Part shown: one piece after another, positions 39,690-52,790 of the stretch
How positions within the stretch are numbered: position 1 is the stretch's first letter
Layout of the letters: every line of letters starts with the position of its first letter
Assembly (NCBI RefSeq): GCF_000181795.1
Contig: NW_003526943.1
Span: 8,721,472-8,785,471, forward strand
DNA: 64,000 nucleotides
Direction of reading: 5' to 3'
From: Trichinella spiralis
Lineage: Eukaryota
Made by a program: the position numbers and the translations under genes
The notes under the pieces: generated by a model
What the model saw: the letters and a program-made list of their open reading frames with translations, nothing else
Database searches by the model: none
What the model was told of the DNA's origin: nothing

Positions 39690-40089
39690 TCAGTAATAAG
39701 TTTCTGCTTGAACGAATCGGAGACAAGTCATCGATTTTCGTGCACAGCTACTCGAAGTATCCATGTGCGACACAAAGTTACTCAGCTGACATCGACTGCG
39801 ACAGATATCTGAGACTGTGGATAAATCCACACCAACATTCTCAGCGATTTTCCTGAACGACTCGCCGCTGTCCAGCCATTTATTCACTTTCAGTTTTTGC
39901 TCTAACCTCAAAACCTTTCCGTTTCTAGTAGTAGACATACCGGGCATAAAAATTCAAAAACCACAGACTGTAAAAGTATTAGTAAAACGCAGGTTGAATT
40001 TAATGTTCATAAACAAAAGATTCTAACCAGCAGGCCAAAATGACTTCGGATAATCTGGTGTCAGTGAATGGATAATCAGTGTTCTACTG
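39690..40089 (-). mobile_element. Truncated Tigger/pogo (CENP-B/Jerky-like) DNA transposon 5' end
   Basis: ORF 39690-39947 encodes a CENP-B N-terminal psq-type HTH (KVLRLEQKLKV..LDSGES.RKIAENVGV..STVSDI). The terminus on the - strand reads TA|CAGTAGAACACTGATTATCC, and GGATAATC is repeated subterminally (about 40049 and 40070). Confidence 0.8.
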
Positions 40090-40714
40090 TAATTATAAAA
40101 CTATTGAGCCAATTTTAATATACGCAACTATAACAATACTTACACTTTACAATTTGCAATAAGAATTCTGATATTTTTCTAATTTTTCAATGACATCCTT
40201 TCGCAATTTCTGCATATCAAAAGCGAAAGTTGCCTATGAATACATGAAAAAAATAAAATAAAAACTGTCGGCTATCACATTATAAAATTAAAAACATATG
40301 CTTACTGTACATTAGCATTAAAACATAGACATAAAATAACAAATGCAACATCCCATAATTATTATAATACGCATGCACGTATGTATATGTATTAATAAAG
40401 ATAACGATTTAAATAAATGTAACGTATAACTTAGCATATAACTGTATGTTTATTAGTTGATATTCATGTCGATGAATAAAAAGCATTTTACAAAAGCTTT
40501 TCAATTAAAAAGTGATATTATTTTTAAAAAAATTCGTAGAATACCAAAGGAAAATTTTATTTAATTTTCATTTAAAACAGTTCTCCACCAACTGCAAAGC
40601 ATAATAGTACACCTTACAGTGCACAAAGAAAACATCACAATCTGCAGGCAAGTACTTGACAAAAACGCTTGCATTACAATTTCTGTTCGCACAACATATT
40701 ACAAAAACACATAA

Positions 40715-41944
40715 TCAACAGCCGCAATAGCCACCAGAATCTGCACTGATGTTGGTCGACAGACGTACCCTCTCCTCATCTGTAGTGACATGTAAGGATT
40801 TATTTTTTTGCAAAATGTGAGCAAGCGTCATAAAAATCGATTCAACATGATTCAATTCTAAATCATCCTGAGCAGATGTTAAGAACAAAGGCATGTCATG
40901 TTTATCAGCAAATATCTGAGCTTCTTCGGTTGTCACAACACTTTCTAAATCGCACTTATTTCCTATCAAAATCATCGGAACAGTGCCAAATATATTGTGC
41001 TTTTGACATTCTTCAATCCAACGAATTAAATTTCGAAACGATGATATCTGAGAAACGTCATATACAAAAATCACTGCATTTACATTTCTATAATAATGGG
41101 CAATCATTGATTGCTGAAATCTTTCTTGACCAGCAGTATCCCAAAACTGAACCTGAAAATCGCACTATTCGTAATATTTAGATAAGAATAGAACAGAAAA
41201 GAATTTACTTTTATTTAAAATTAATGTAAAACTCTGTCTCCCACTTCATCAATACTACATGTTGTATAGCAATTTATGTCATATCCAAATTGAAATCGTT
41301 TTGTTTTACTCTGTAATGCGTGTATGTAATGAAAGTGCAAAGAAAAAAATTTTTACGTTCATTTTACCTAAAAACTACTATTTCTCAGAAATTGATAAAC
41401 GTATTTTCCCCAGAAAACAAATGAAAATAAATACATCAAGTAAAGAATTAATAAAAAGAATGCATTCTTCTGCTTGTATTTCCCAAAAAATTGCACTTCA
41501 AAATTGTTTTAAAATCATGAAAAAAATTTACAAAGCGAATATTTCGAAAACTTCTCTAAGCTATAGATTTTCTTTCGGCATAAAATGAAAATAAAAGAAT
41601 TATAATGGAAATGCAAGCCGCAGAAATAGCGGGAACAAAAGATGTATAATAAAGCATACCCGTAACGTTTCACCATCCAAATCAATGATCTTTTCGCGAA
41701 AATCGACTCCAATAGTGGGAGTTGAATTCGATGGAAATCTTCCATTACAAAATCGAAAAGTCAAGCAAGTTTTTCCAACCCCAGGATCGCCTAAGACGAT
41801 TACTTTGAATGTCCGTCGACGATTATGAGCAACAACACGTATTTGTTGTAAAGCTTGATATGGATCTGCTTTCTCTGATTCTTTTAACATCTTTTCCGTC
41901 TTGTCACTATCCCTTTTAGGATCTGAAGCTTCCAAAACGGACAT
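40715..41944 (-). CDS. rab-33: Ras-related GTPase Rab33, two exons (41660-41944, 40715-41152)
   Basis: [61 protein letters not shown] and a C-terminal CGC prenylation motif. Confidence 0.93.
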
Positions 41945-42724
41945 CTAATGAGAATACTGAAAATTATCACAGAAAACAAGTTCTAATTTTGACAAATATA
42001 CTGTAAAGGCAACCTCATTGTCATAATTATAAGCGTACTGTAATTCTGATTATTCATCAATATATGCAAATGTGGGCCCGAAAGTTTTGTTCTATCAAAA
42101 TGCAGAAAATACGTCATTTTAAATAGAAGCGCAGATGAAAAAATACAACGAGTTTATATTATTTTCTAAATTATATAAACTTATATAATATAATAATATA
42201 ACTTATATATTGATAATTAATACTTGCTTTTATTTTTGCACTTTATGCAGTAATGCAATGTAATTGCTGCAAAGATGAAGGAAGATAACAGTAGTGACAA
42301 AAGACGACAGCTTCTTTTTCAGTGGCAACTTCTCCACTAATTTATAAATATAAATGGTGTCAAAAGGGAAATTTCCATACGTCTCTTCTGCCATTAGCGT
42401 GTAAATATAATTTAGGATATTTATGAAATATTTCCATAATTAAATTTTAATGTGAGATCGCTTTATTCAATTTTGTTCGAATGCATTCCATGCCGAGCTT
42501 TACATAAACACGTACATTAAATATGTTCAGTAGATGCACAATAGGAAAACGAATCAATTAATCTGATATCGCTTATCATGAAACAATTCAGGACGTTAAA
42601 CTAAAGAAACAAGCATAATTGCACATACCATCAATTAACAAGACAACATGCACTTCAGAACAACGATATAATAGAATAAACTAAATGATAGCATTTACAT
42701 GAATATAATTTAAAGCTCCATATT

Positions 42725-43949
42725 TCAAGATGTACGCTGCAATACTTGAATAATCTTCAAAATTACTCGACGAAAAAGTGACGGACAGCTTCTATGATAT
42801 GCGATCTTTTCAAAAAATATTCGAAATTCTTGAAAAGCAACTCTAAAATATTCACATTACTATTCGTTCAAAACAATTTAAGAATTAATTCAACTGGACA
42901 CCACTAAAGCTGTAATATAATGTTGCAAAACAAAAAGAATAAAAACGAAGATAAAAATACTGCAAAAATAACTGTCATTTACGAGTATATTAGGTCAAAA
43001 TAAGCAATGATTTAATACGTACCTTGTATGTGGGTTTCGATAAGAAAAATACCGCATAACCAAAAACCGGTAGTGAATAAACGGAATAATTAGCTGGCAC
43101 TTTCCGCTGAAACAAAATTAATTGCAAAGCTGCCAAACAAGAAAAGAAACTTTCTAGTCACTTCAACACTAAGAAAATAAGCACTGGCAATAGCAGTATT
43201 TCACAATATGCACTAATGTGCAGCAAAGTTTGCATATATTTCTGTAGAAAATTTTCCAAAAAATGCGACACTTTCAAATGACTGAAGCCAATGCTCTAAA
43301 TTTTAAAAATTTCATTAGAATATATTGAAAGCATTATAAATAGTAACCTTCAACAATTGCAGAGTGAAATTGGTCCAATGTAGCAGGGCGAAAAGAAAAA
43401 CTGGAGCAATTCCAACTATAAAAATTTAATTTAGATTAACAAAATTCATAGTAGAAAAACAAATATACATACATGTGATTGGATATACTGTTAGCAACGT
43501 CAGAGAAAATAGTAAGTAATGAGAAGCATCTTCTGCAAAAAGACGACGTATAAATCCCATATTAAATTGAACTCTTCCAATTCGCTGTTGCAAGCGCAAT
43601 GCATTAGTTGCTGCAGCGGATAACAAAGTCTTTTCATAGTAACTTGGTTTTTCTTTTCTAAAAATAAAAAAATTTCAAAAATTTTATAAATTTTACGAAA
43701 CAAAACATACCCACTGCTAATAACAAACAAAACACCAAAAACGATAGTAATAATTCGCAAAATCCATAATATACTGTCTATACCACGACTCTTCAAGTAC
43801 ACCTTAATTTTTGTCGTACATGAAGCCAATAAGCACTTAGATAATTAAAATGTTTATTTTATTACTAGCAGAGAAACACTGGGCTGAGAACGACTGGATG
43901 AAGAGCTCTGTTGAGAGTTTTCGTCTGTGCAGTCAGTTATCTCCACCAT
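42725..43949 (-). CDS. TMEM33: Transmembrane protein 33 (TMEM33/Pom33/Kr-h2 family), multi-exon
   Basis: LLSAAATNALRLQQR, EDASHYLLFSL, PVFLFALLH, RYFSYRNPHTR and HRSCP. Confidence 0.9.
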
Positions 43950-45057
43950 TACGTACGCGTCACTTTAATTCACAAAAGCTCTGTAAAACAAAACAAGTAA
44001 TACGAATAATAATGCGAACCAAAAAGATGAAACAAATGTAAACAGAAATATTTAAGCATAAAAGCAAAATTCAATAACTACATGGTCGCTACAAAGTAAA
44101 AAAACTAGCTATTTAGAATTAAATTCCTGAAAAGAAAAACATACACTGATAACCGTTAAAACAAAAAAGATAGCCTTTCTACAAACTTATAAAATGACGA
44201 ATAAACATTGTGCAATATCACAATCTACCGTACGAACTTCCGGTAAAACCTTATGCACGAATAATTTGAAAAATAGAACAACAAAATTTAAATAATATTT
44301 AGATATATTTTACAATTATTGTAAAACATTATATAAAAATAAACAAATGGTGTTTATAATGTATTTTACTTCTTTTTACTTTATTTCACATTGACAATTT
44401 TATTAAAGAATATTGTTAAAGAAATATACTAACACAATTCATGAAGCATGAATTAAGATATTAAATTGAAATTTTTGCTATTTAAACTGTAAAAACTTTT
44501 ATAACACTATATATTTTACATTAAAACTTATATATCATTATGTTATTTAGGTCGACTGATATACTGTAGGTCTTGCCGCGCACATAATTTTACGTTTTAT
44601 GTTGTGGTGTAAAGTTTTGAACATGATGGATGTTATTTGATAATTTGATTTAAATTTCGGTTATTTTATGCATAATTATTTTATAATCTTTTTTTTCATC
44701 CGATATATTTTTGGCAGAAACGAACAACAATTTAGTAAGTGGTTGAATTTTTATCTGAATTTTAAAATCTTTTCTATAGCTTTAGTTCATTGAAGTTAAA
44801 ATGGTTGTAATACTCCGGTTTAAATAAAATATGATTCTGAAAATTTTAAACTTTTTTTGTAAACTAATTATGTTTAAGTGTTGATTAAATGGTTTATGTG
44901 TTCATTTAAAATGACTTTAATTTTTTAATTCACCTAAAAATTGTACGTTTAAATGGAAAAATGTTTAAATTTAAAGAACATTATGTACTGCTCAAATAAA
45001 AAGTTTAATAAGAGTACTTTAAATTTTAACTGACTTTATTGTTAATGCGACAGGAGA

Positions 45058-46432
45058 ATGTCGTTCTGTCCACATCCGCTTGTCCCAGAAGTATCCGTTT
45101 GCAGTCCACCTAAGCCAACCACGGCGAAAACTGTTAATGAACCCCGTTCATCGACAACGTTGGGAAAAAATTTAAATTCGAAAAACAAAGAAAACAAACC
45201 TTTACAACCGACTAACAACCGATGCGCATCGGCAGTGTCAAGGCAACCACTTTCTGGGCAACGGGGTGCAGCACTTAAAACTTCTGCTCCTAGCGAATTG
45301 GCGACGTTGAAGTCGCAAGTGATGAAACAAGATAAAGATATATGCGAAATGAAGCAGATGATTCAAAATTTGGTTTCCACTCTAAACGCTAAAACAGCGG
45401 ATAACGAAACTAAGGTAGAAAACAGTTCAACATCACCAACAATACCAACGGTTCTGGCAAACGGAAAATTAGTCATGGAGAACGGATGCCAAACTAGAAG
45501 TAAATGCCCGCACTGTAATCAACCGTTAGAGTTGGATAGCATAAAAGCTGTGCAGAAAATATCATCTCCAAATACTGAAGTATTACCGATGAAAGGTGCA
45601 ACGAAAAACACTGCAAAAATTTCTGGAAAATCAACGGAACCTAGTTCTTGTTCAGTTTCACCGTCGGAACGCAATTTTGTGAATGAAATGATTTTAGCTG
45701 CTCGTAAATGGCTTAAAAATGACGACTGCTTAGATGACATTGATGATAAAAGTGTCATTGCTTCGGAATACGTTCAACGTGAAAATCCCAATAATCGTCG
45801 TGATATTGTTGCCAGACAACAATATATTGCCGAGGAATCTATTCCACAAGATTTGTACTCTGTCGGCGATTCTTGGAGTACAAGCTTAAGCATGGAAGTC
45901 AATGCTTTGGCAATGCGTTATTTGAAGCAGAACGAACAATATGAACCTTCCACATTTACTGCTGATCAGTACTTACAAACTGCATCCGGTAAATTGAACA
46001 GTCCCAGCATTACTGTTACCAGGCGTCAACAAGTGTTCACAGAAGCAGTTTCGATGAATGGTATATTGCCCGGTAAGCGGAATAGCAGAAGAACTTTTAT
46101 TAATACTGTGCATGATTAAGAAAGAAAAATAAATTTCAGGTCCCACTGAGATGTCTTTGAGTAGTCGAGAATTTTTGCAACGACACGGTATTATTCCTGG
46201 TGCAACAACAACACATCGAGAAAATCAAGTTCTTGACGAAAATATTATGCCAGCACATTCCAGATGGACATCAGCAGCAAGGATATCGAACAGAAGATAT
46301 ACGCCCACTGATACAGATTGCAATGATGAACAGTTTATCCGCGAACCAATTCCACAAAGATATCAACGTAAAACTGTAGGAAGATGTGGGCATGATTATG
46401 ATAATTGGGATGGCTCGAATTTTCGCAATTGA
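45058..46432 (+). CDS. STIL/Ana2/SAS-5-like centriole duplication protein, two exons (45058-46072, 46140-46432)
   Basis: Central coiled coil (LKSQVMKQDKDICEMKQMIQNLV) and both halves of a STAN motif: SLSMEVNALAMRYL and GPTEMSLSSREFLQRHGII. The intron joins the exons in frame. Confidence 0.8.
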
Positions 46433-46655
46433 CTCTCTACTTGGTGATAGTGTTTTCCTCTCTGACGTTACTGCAGAAATTTAAAATTTTGTTTGAACAG
46501 TTTTTCAAGCTTAATATCATCGCAGAAAAAGTGCATATATTTAAATTCATTTTTAATATCAGAATTTATTCTGTACAATAAATTTCACAGTTGAACATTC
46601 AAAATTATAATAACAGTTGTTTTTTTTTGAATAGACAGCAATACATCTTGAAAAA

Positions 46656-48151
46656 TTAGTCAGATTTGATGTGGCCAGATGATGTTTTGCTTTGGCGCTT
46701 GCAGTCCAGAAGGATGTTGTTCAAATCGAAATCTCTTATGATGTTTTCCTAAAACGAATAAGCCACATTAATAAAAACATAAACAAGTTTTAAATACGTT
46801 AATTTTTAAAATGAAAAAAAATTTTAATCAGTTCAAAAGTGCTCACCTCTGTAAAGTGATATCGCATAATTCGTCCATTTGATGTAACTTTAGGGATGCG
46901 TTTTACTTCTTTACCATCTCGAAAAAGTATTAATGTTGGAAGAGCTGAAGATGTAACTTTGGTAGATATATTTAATCTAAAACAAGAAATACGCTGCATA
47001 ACTCAATGATAAATTGCCAATAATGAGAAATGCACACTTGTTTGCTTCATTAGAATATCGACCTACGTCGATTTTACCAAATTTAAAATTCGGCAAAGAA
47101 TATTTGACGCTAATTTTAGCAAAGACAGGTGCTAAATAATGACAAGGAGCAGACCAGTTTGCATAAAATTCTATAAGCCATACTACATCTTTGTTTTTTG
47201 CAATTTCATCCTAAAAATTATACATACATATATTATCACACTGAAATATTAAAACATTGCTTACCAAAGGACTATTTCCTCTAAAATAAATCACAGATTC
47301 CCGTCCTGTATATGCTGGTTGCGGAAAAAATACAGATACGGTTATCGCTGCAGCTGCATATAATATACCATATAATGAAGAATTACAGCAAAACAAGGCA
47401 AAGTTCGCCACTTTGCAAAAAGAGAACGCAACTGATAAATAATGATGCCACGATGCTAAATAAACTCGCAAAATTTCAACTGCGGCGTTATTTAAATTTT
47501 AAAAAGCTGCTTACTTGCTCTTTTGTTTTTCACAAAAATCATAATTCCCATCAACAGCATGATTTGATATTCTCTCTATATATCATCAATATTTCACAGA
47601 TTAATTAAAAAACCACAAATTATTAAATCACGGTTCGTGTAAATGATTTTAGATGACAATAAATTAAAAAAATATTTCAGAAGCAGATTGCTGTCCTATG
47701 ACTGAATTCCATATTTCTGCATCAGTAAAATTGAATTATAACAAAATTTAATCAAAATCAAATGTAAAGATATGAAAAATTAATCAACAAGAAGAAACAT
47801 ATAATAAGATAACACCTAATTAATCTTCATCAAAAAAACCGTTAAAAATGTACATGGAAAAAAATTATAACATAGTGAAAGAGAATTCTACTGGAGCAGA
47901 ATAAAATGCATGAATAAGCAACGCTAAAATAAAAAAGATTCATACCAAAATTTAACACAAAATTATGAAAAGCTGTATAAATTGATTACCTCATTAATGA
48001 AGCATTTAGTGTCTGAGCCATACAAAAAGTGGCATAAAGGCTCGACAGTTTTCGTAACGTAAAAGCATATGCATAATAAGACATTGAGCAAATGGTAAGG
48101 AGTGAATAAGCATTCATATTCATTAAATGTTGATTCCCATGAAATTGCCAT
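46656..48151 (-). CDS. TMX2: Thioredoxin-related transmembrane protein 2, multi-exon
   Basis: PYHLLNVLL..KTVEPLC, CKVANFALF, PQPAYTG, WLIEFYANWSAPC (SxxC), FGKIDVGRY, LPTLILFRDGKE and ENIIRDFDLN. Confidence 0.92.
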
Positions 48152-49185
48152 CAAGCAATTTTATTTCAGCGTTTGCTTCACTCTAGAAATAGTGATATTT
48201 AGTTAAAAATTTATAGAAGTTACTATAAAACATGAAACAAAATTAAATAAATCAGTATTAATTTCCATATATAACAATGAAAGCATGTGCATCTAACTTA
48301 AAAGTATTCCTAAACATTTGCTCCAATGATTTAATCATTTAAAATTTTATCTCAAATAATATATATCATATATCTATAAATGTATACTACAAAATTAAAC
48401 TTACAGTTAAAAATACAAAGAACAATGTGCATCATTCACAACAGCAATTACACAAATATTTAGGTGATTGAAAAAGTAATTAACTATACGAAATACCACT
48501 GTTGTTGTTTAAATGTCAAAAACCACTTTTCTGTAAACAATTTTATTTTATAGGATGAACCGATAATAATTATTATGATAATATTGTCGGATAAAGTTTC
48601 CTTAACATCATTTGTTATAAACACTTACTGCATTTATTAATATGACTTTCAGGTATAATTCTTAACAAAATGTTTATTAGTATTGTTGTCATAGCAATGA
48701 AAAGATTTATGAATAAAATTATATACATAAGGCACTTGAAATAATCAGGTTTTATAATATCTACTTGATAAATAAATTTTAAGTATAACAAAATAAATAC
48801 TTCAAACGTAACAGTAAGTTAATTATGATAATAATAGTTTGAATGTTTACAAATGAAAAAATTTGCATATATTATAATATTTATAATTTAAAAATGAATT
48901 ATAAAATAAATTATTTTTATTTATTAATCACTTTTGAAACTGAATAGTTTTTTGGTGGAATATGATTATGGCCGTTTTGATGGGTTTTTTATTGATGTAA
49001 AATTACAATAAAGTGCATTAATTGAAAAATTTATGAAATAAATTTTTTTGAAATAATTATTTTCTGAAAATTTTGAAATTATCAAAAATAAACAGGTGTT
49101 CGTTTGTTATCTTGACCATCATTGTACAGTAACTCCATAGTTATCACGTGCTAGTTTTAGACGCAGTTTCGGCTTCCCTGTTGCC

Positions 49186-50871
49186 ATGGATGGGAACTGC
49201 CAAGACAATCCGGTGGAAAATAGTAATTTAGAAGTTGAATTTCGTAAATCAGTTTGCTGTTGCAAATTTTGCTAATTTTTTTCTTCTATCCAAGGTGGAA
49301 GTGAAGTGAAAGCTTCGAAGATAATCGGCTCTGCTTCGCGTTACGTCAAGCTGAACGTCGGCGGATGGCTCTACTATACAACAATTGGAACTTTGACCAA
49401 AGAAGATTCGATGCTTCGGGCAATGTTTTCCGGAAGAATGGACGTGCTGACTGATCAAGATGGCTGGGTGTTGATTGATCGCTGCGGAAAAAATTTCGAT
49501 GTTATTTTGAATTATTTACGTGACGGTAGTGTTGCGCTTCCAGCTTGCAATGCTTTTGTCGAGCAGATCATGGCCGAAGCTACATACTACTGTTTGCAGG
49601 TTCGAAGTTTGTATTTAATAATAATAATATTAATAATAATGTTTATTTATTTATTTATTTGTTTGTTTGTTTTTTGAAGGGTTTGGTACGTCTTTGTCAA
49701 AATTGGTTCGAAAGCTGTCAGTGGTCGGAAGAAGAGGTGAAAAGTTGTCGCGTACCTATCATTTGTGCAGCGTCGGAAGAAAAACTTTTACTCCAATCCA
49801 CCAGTAGAGTATGTGAATTTTAATCTTTTTCACTTGGTGCAATTGCGCGTGCGTGCTGCTTAATTGTTGAAACGCGAGTTTGCTTGCAGCCGGCCATAAA
49901 GTTGCTGTTGAATCGCCACAACAACAAATATTCGTACACTCCAACATCTGACGACAACTTGCTGAAGAATTTGGAACTTTTTGACAAATTGGCTTTGCGC
50001 TTCAACGAACGTGTTCTCTTCATCAAAGGTCTTTTCGGCCGTCTCGTTGTTGTTTACTTGTTAATTTTTTTTTTCAAAAAAATTTGCATTTAAGACGTCA
50101 GCGCTGCGAATGAAGTTTGTTCGTGGACATTTTTTGGTTATGGGCAAAAAGTGGCCGAAGTTTGTTGCACTTCAATTGTTTACGCCCCAGATAGAAAACA
50201 GACAAAGGTGGATTATTTTTTATTATTATTAGAAACTAATAATAATTTAAAAAAAATAATTTATGTATGTTTAACTACACAACTTCTTATCAGCGGTTTT
50301 TTTTCTAGTCTCTGTGTTCATGTAATTCGGTTTCACTGTTGTTATAAAACCGCAATTGATTTGTTTATTTGAATAGAATTTTAGTACCTTGTACTGGCCA
50401 GTAAAATGACCAACTAACTGTTTGTAAATTAAGGTTTACTGTAATGTAAATGGTGGCAACTTATTGAACAAAACAAATATTCTTTAATATGACTTTGTGT
50501 TGTTGATAAAGTGTGAAATGACATGCATCATAAACGTTGCTGATAATTAAAAAAACTTTTTAACGGTCATATTTGATATGCTTCATATAGTTTAATCGTG
50601 CATTCGATTTAGATCCAATAATGACAGTGGGTTGTTTTTTTTTATTGATTGAATTGTCTACAATATTTAGGTAGAATTTCCGGAAGCCCGAATTTACGAA
50701 GAAGCAATGAATGCACTTCTTTATGAAAACGTCGCACCAACACCTGCGCGTTGTGCAGATGCAGGGAGTCCTTCTGTAGCGGTGTGTCAGCATTGTTTGT
50801 CGAACGTTTTCAACGATGAGGTTAAAACAAGGCAAGTGCACTGGAAAACACCTACTGATGATGGTGAATGA
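49186..50871 (+). CDS. BTB/POZ KCTD10/TNFAIP1/KCTD13 (BACURD) Cul3 adaptor, copy 1 (conserved)
   Basis: [83 protein letters not shown]. Confidence 0.93.
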
Positions 50872-52790
50872 TGCGCATTCGAATTTTGTATGTAAATGTA
50901 ATGTTTTCTAATAATGAGCATTTCTTGGTTTATCTACTTTGGAAGTGGTACCTCGAATGATGAAGCTTGTTTTTTTATTTCAGTATTTGCAGTACTTTTT
51001 GGGAAAGTGATTCGCAGTGAAATTTATCCAATATCTTTGGTATTATTCAGATAATAAAATCACTATATCATTTTGTTCCCAATGCTCGTCTTATTTTGAC
51101 AATTAGGAAAATCAAGAAAAGTTAACGCAGTGATGCGTGTGAATTTGGACATGAATGTAATAAATAGGGCGTGGTAAAAATGTAGATATAATTTTTAATT
51201 TCATAAATTGTAAGTTTTCTAAAAATATACTAATGAAGAATTTTCGTTAGTATTGAAATAGTTTTACATAAAGATGCACTGATAATAAAAAACAACGAAA
51301 CGCAGATAATGCGTTGTTTCTTTTCTACTGTCAAGTTGCTGTTATTACATTTTTCAAATTAAGAATACTTCATATAAATTTAATTATATAAATATCCATT
51401 AAATATGTAATGTCATTCCGAAAGATTGCATCGCTCTTGCTTTTTGTTAAAATTTGACCAATTAAAATTGCAAGCAATTTTGTCTTGTAAAGGAAAAAGT
51501 AAGCTGAACTTCTTGTTTAATCAAGCAAATAGCGACTGCTTTTATATGGATGAATTGTTTGAATTGTATCTTCAAACGAAACAAGTATCGGTTTATATGA
51601 TAAGGATTGCTGTTTAAGTTCAAGTTGCACAAAATTCAAAGAAGCATTTACCAATTTAATGCCAATTTGACCATTCATACGTAGTTTCTTAGTTCAACTA
51701 ACGAAAATACTAGAACTGCATGTAAAATAAAAGAACTTTGAATAATCATTAAATAAGATCAGATGATTTTCAATATCAAAAAATAATTGATCTTAGCTAG
51801 AAAGTAGTGGTGGTTAGCTCAGAACTCACAGCAATTATTTCAACAGCAAACATAAACGTATATAATAAATATTTAAGAGATGTAAACATGGCCCCCTGAC
51901 ACGAAGCTCAGATAATAGTGACTGCTTAAAAGCAAATTTAAACAATAAAATTTGACTTTATTTTCACAGTTATTAAAAAGAATCTATTAATAAAATGCAA
52001 AAAAAATTTTCATATGGTCTATTGCGATATATGAATTTCGATTTTTGAAACAAAGTGATAAAATTTATTCACAATTATGGTTTATTTTGCAATTTTTTTG
52101 TAAAGCAACAAATCTAAAAGCAGAATTTGAAGATAAATTTCTTCGTCTTGCTAAAAACTTTAAAGTTGAATGCAATCTACGCTTAATGGGAAATTTACCT
52201 AAAATAAAAATGGTATACGTAATAAAAATTATGATTTTCACTTATTGGAAAATTTTAAGTAAAGTCGCAATACATTCAATTTGATCAAAAGATTTTTGCC
52301 GAAATTGATAATCATGCTAATTTTACGTAATCCCTTGTTTTTTATAAATTGTTTCAATGTTTAGATACTATATATAAATAGATTAACAGGAATACGATCT
52401 CGATCCAATTGTTATGCTCAGATGACTTTAAACCTCAGCCACCTGGTATATAAATAGACAAAAAACAGTGAAAAGCATATAATAGCAAAATATTTGTTTT
52501 TCAAGTCAACAGCAGCACAACTTTATTACTTCGTACAATGCGATTGTCAGGTTTAAATTACAAAAATTTACACAAAATTGATGCAGCCATTATAAATTTT
52601 TATATATTATTATTCAAAATTGAATTTAAAATAAATTTTAAATTTTAAACGAGTTTTAAATAAAATAATATTGCTGAATATTTAACAATTTTTATATGAA
52701 AGATGACAACTTTTCAATGTTAAACTTGATTATCAATTTACGGTATATTTGAGAATCACGTGCTGCAGAAGAATTATTCTTAGAACTGTC

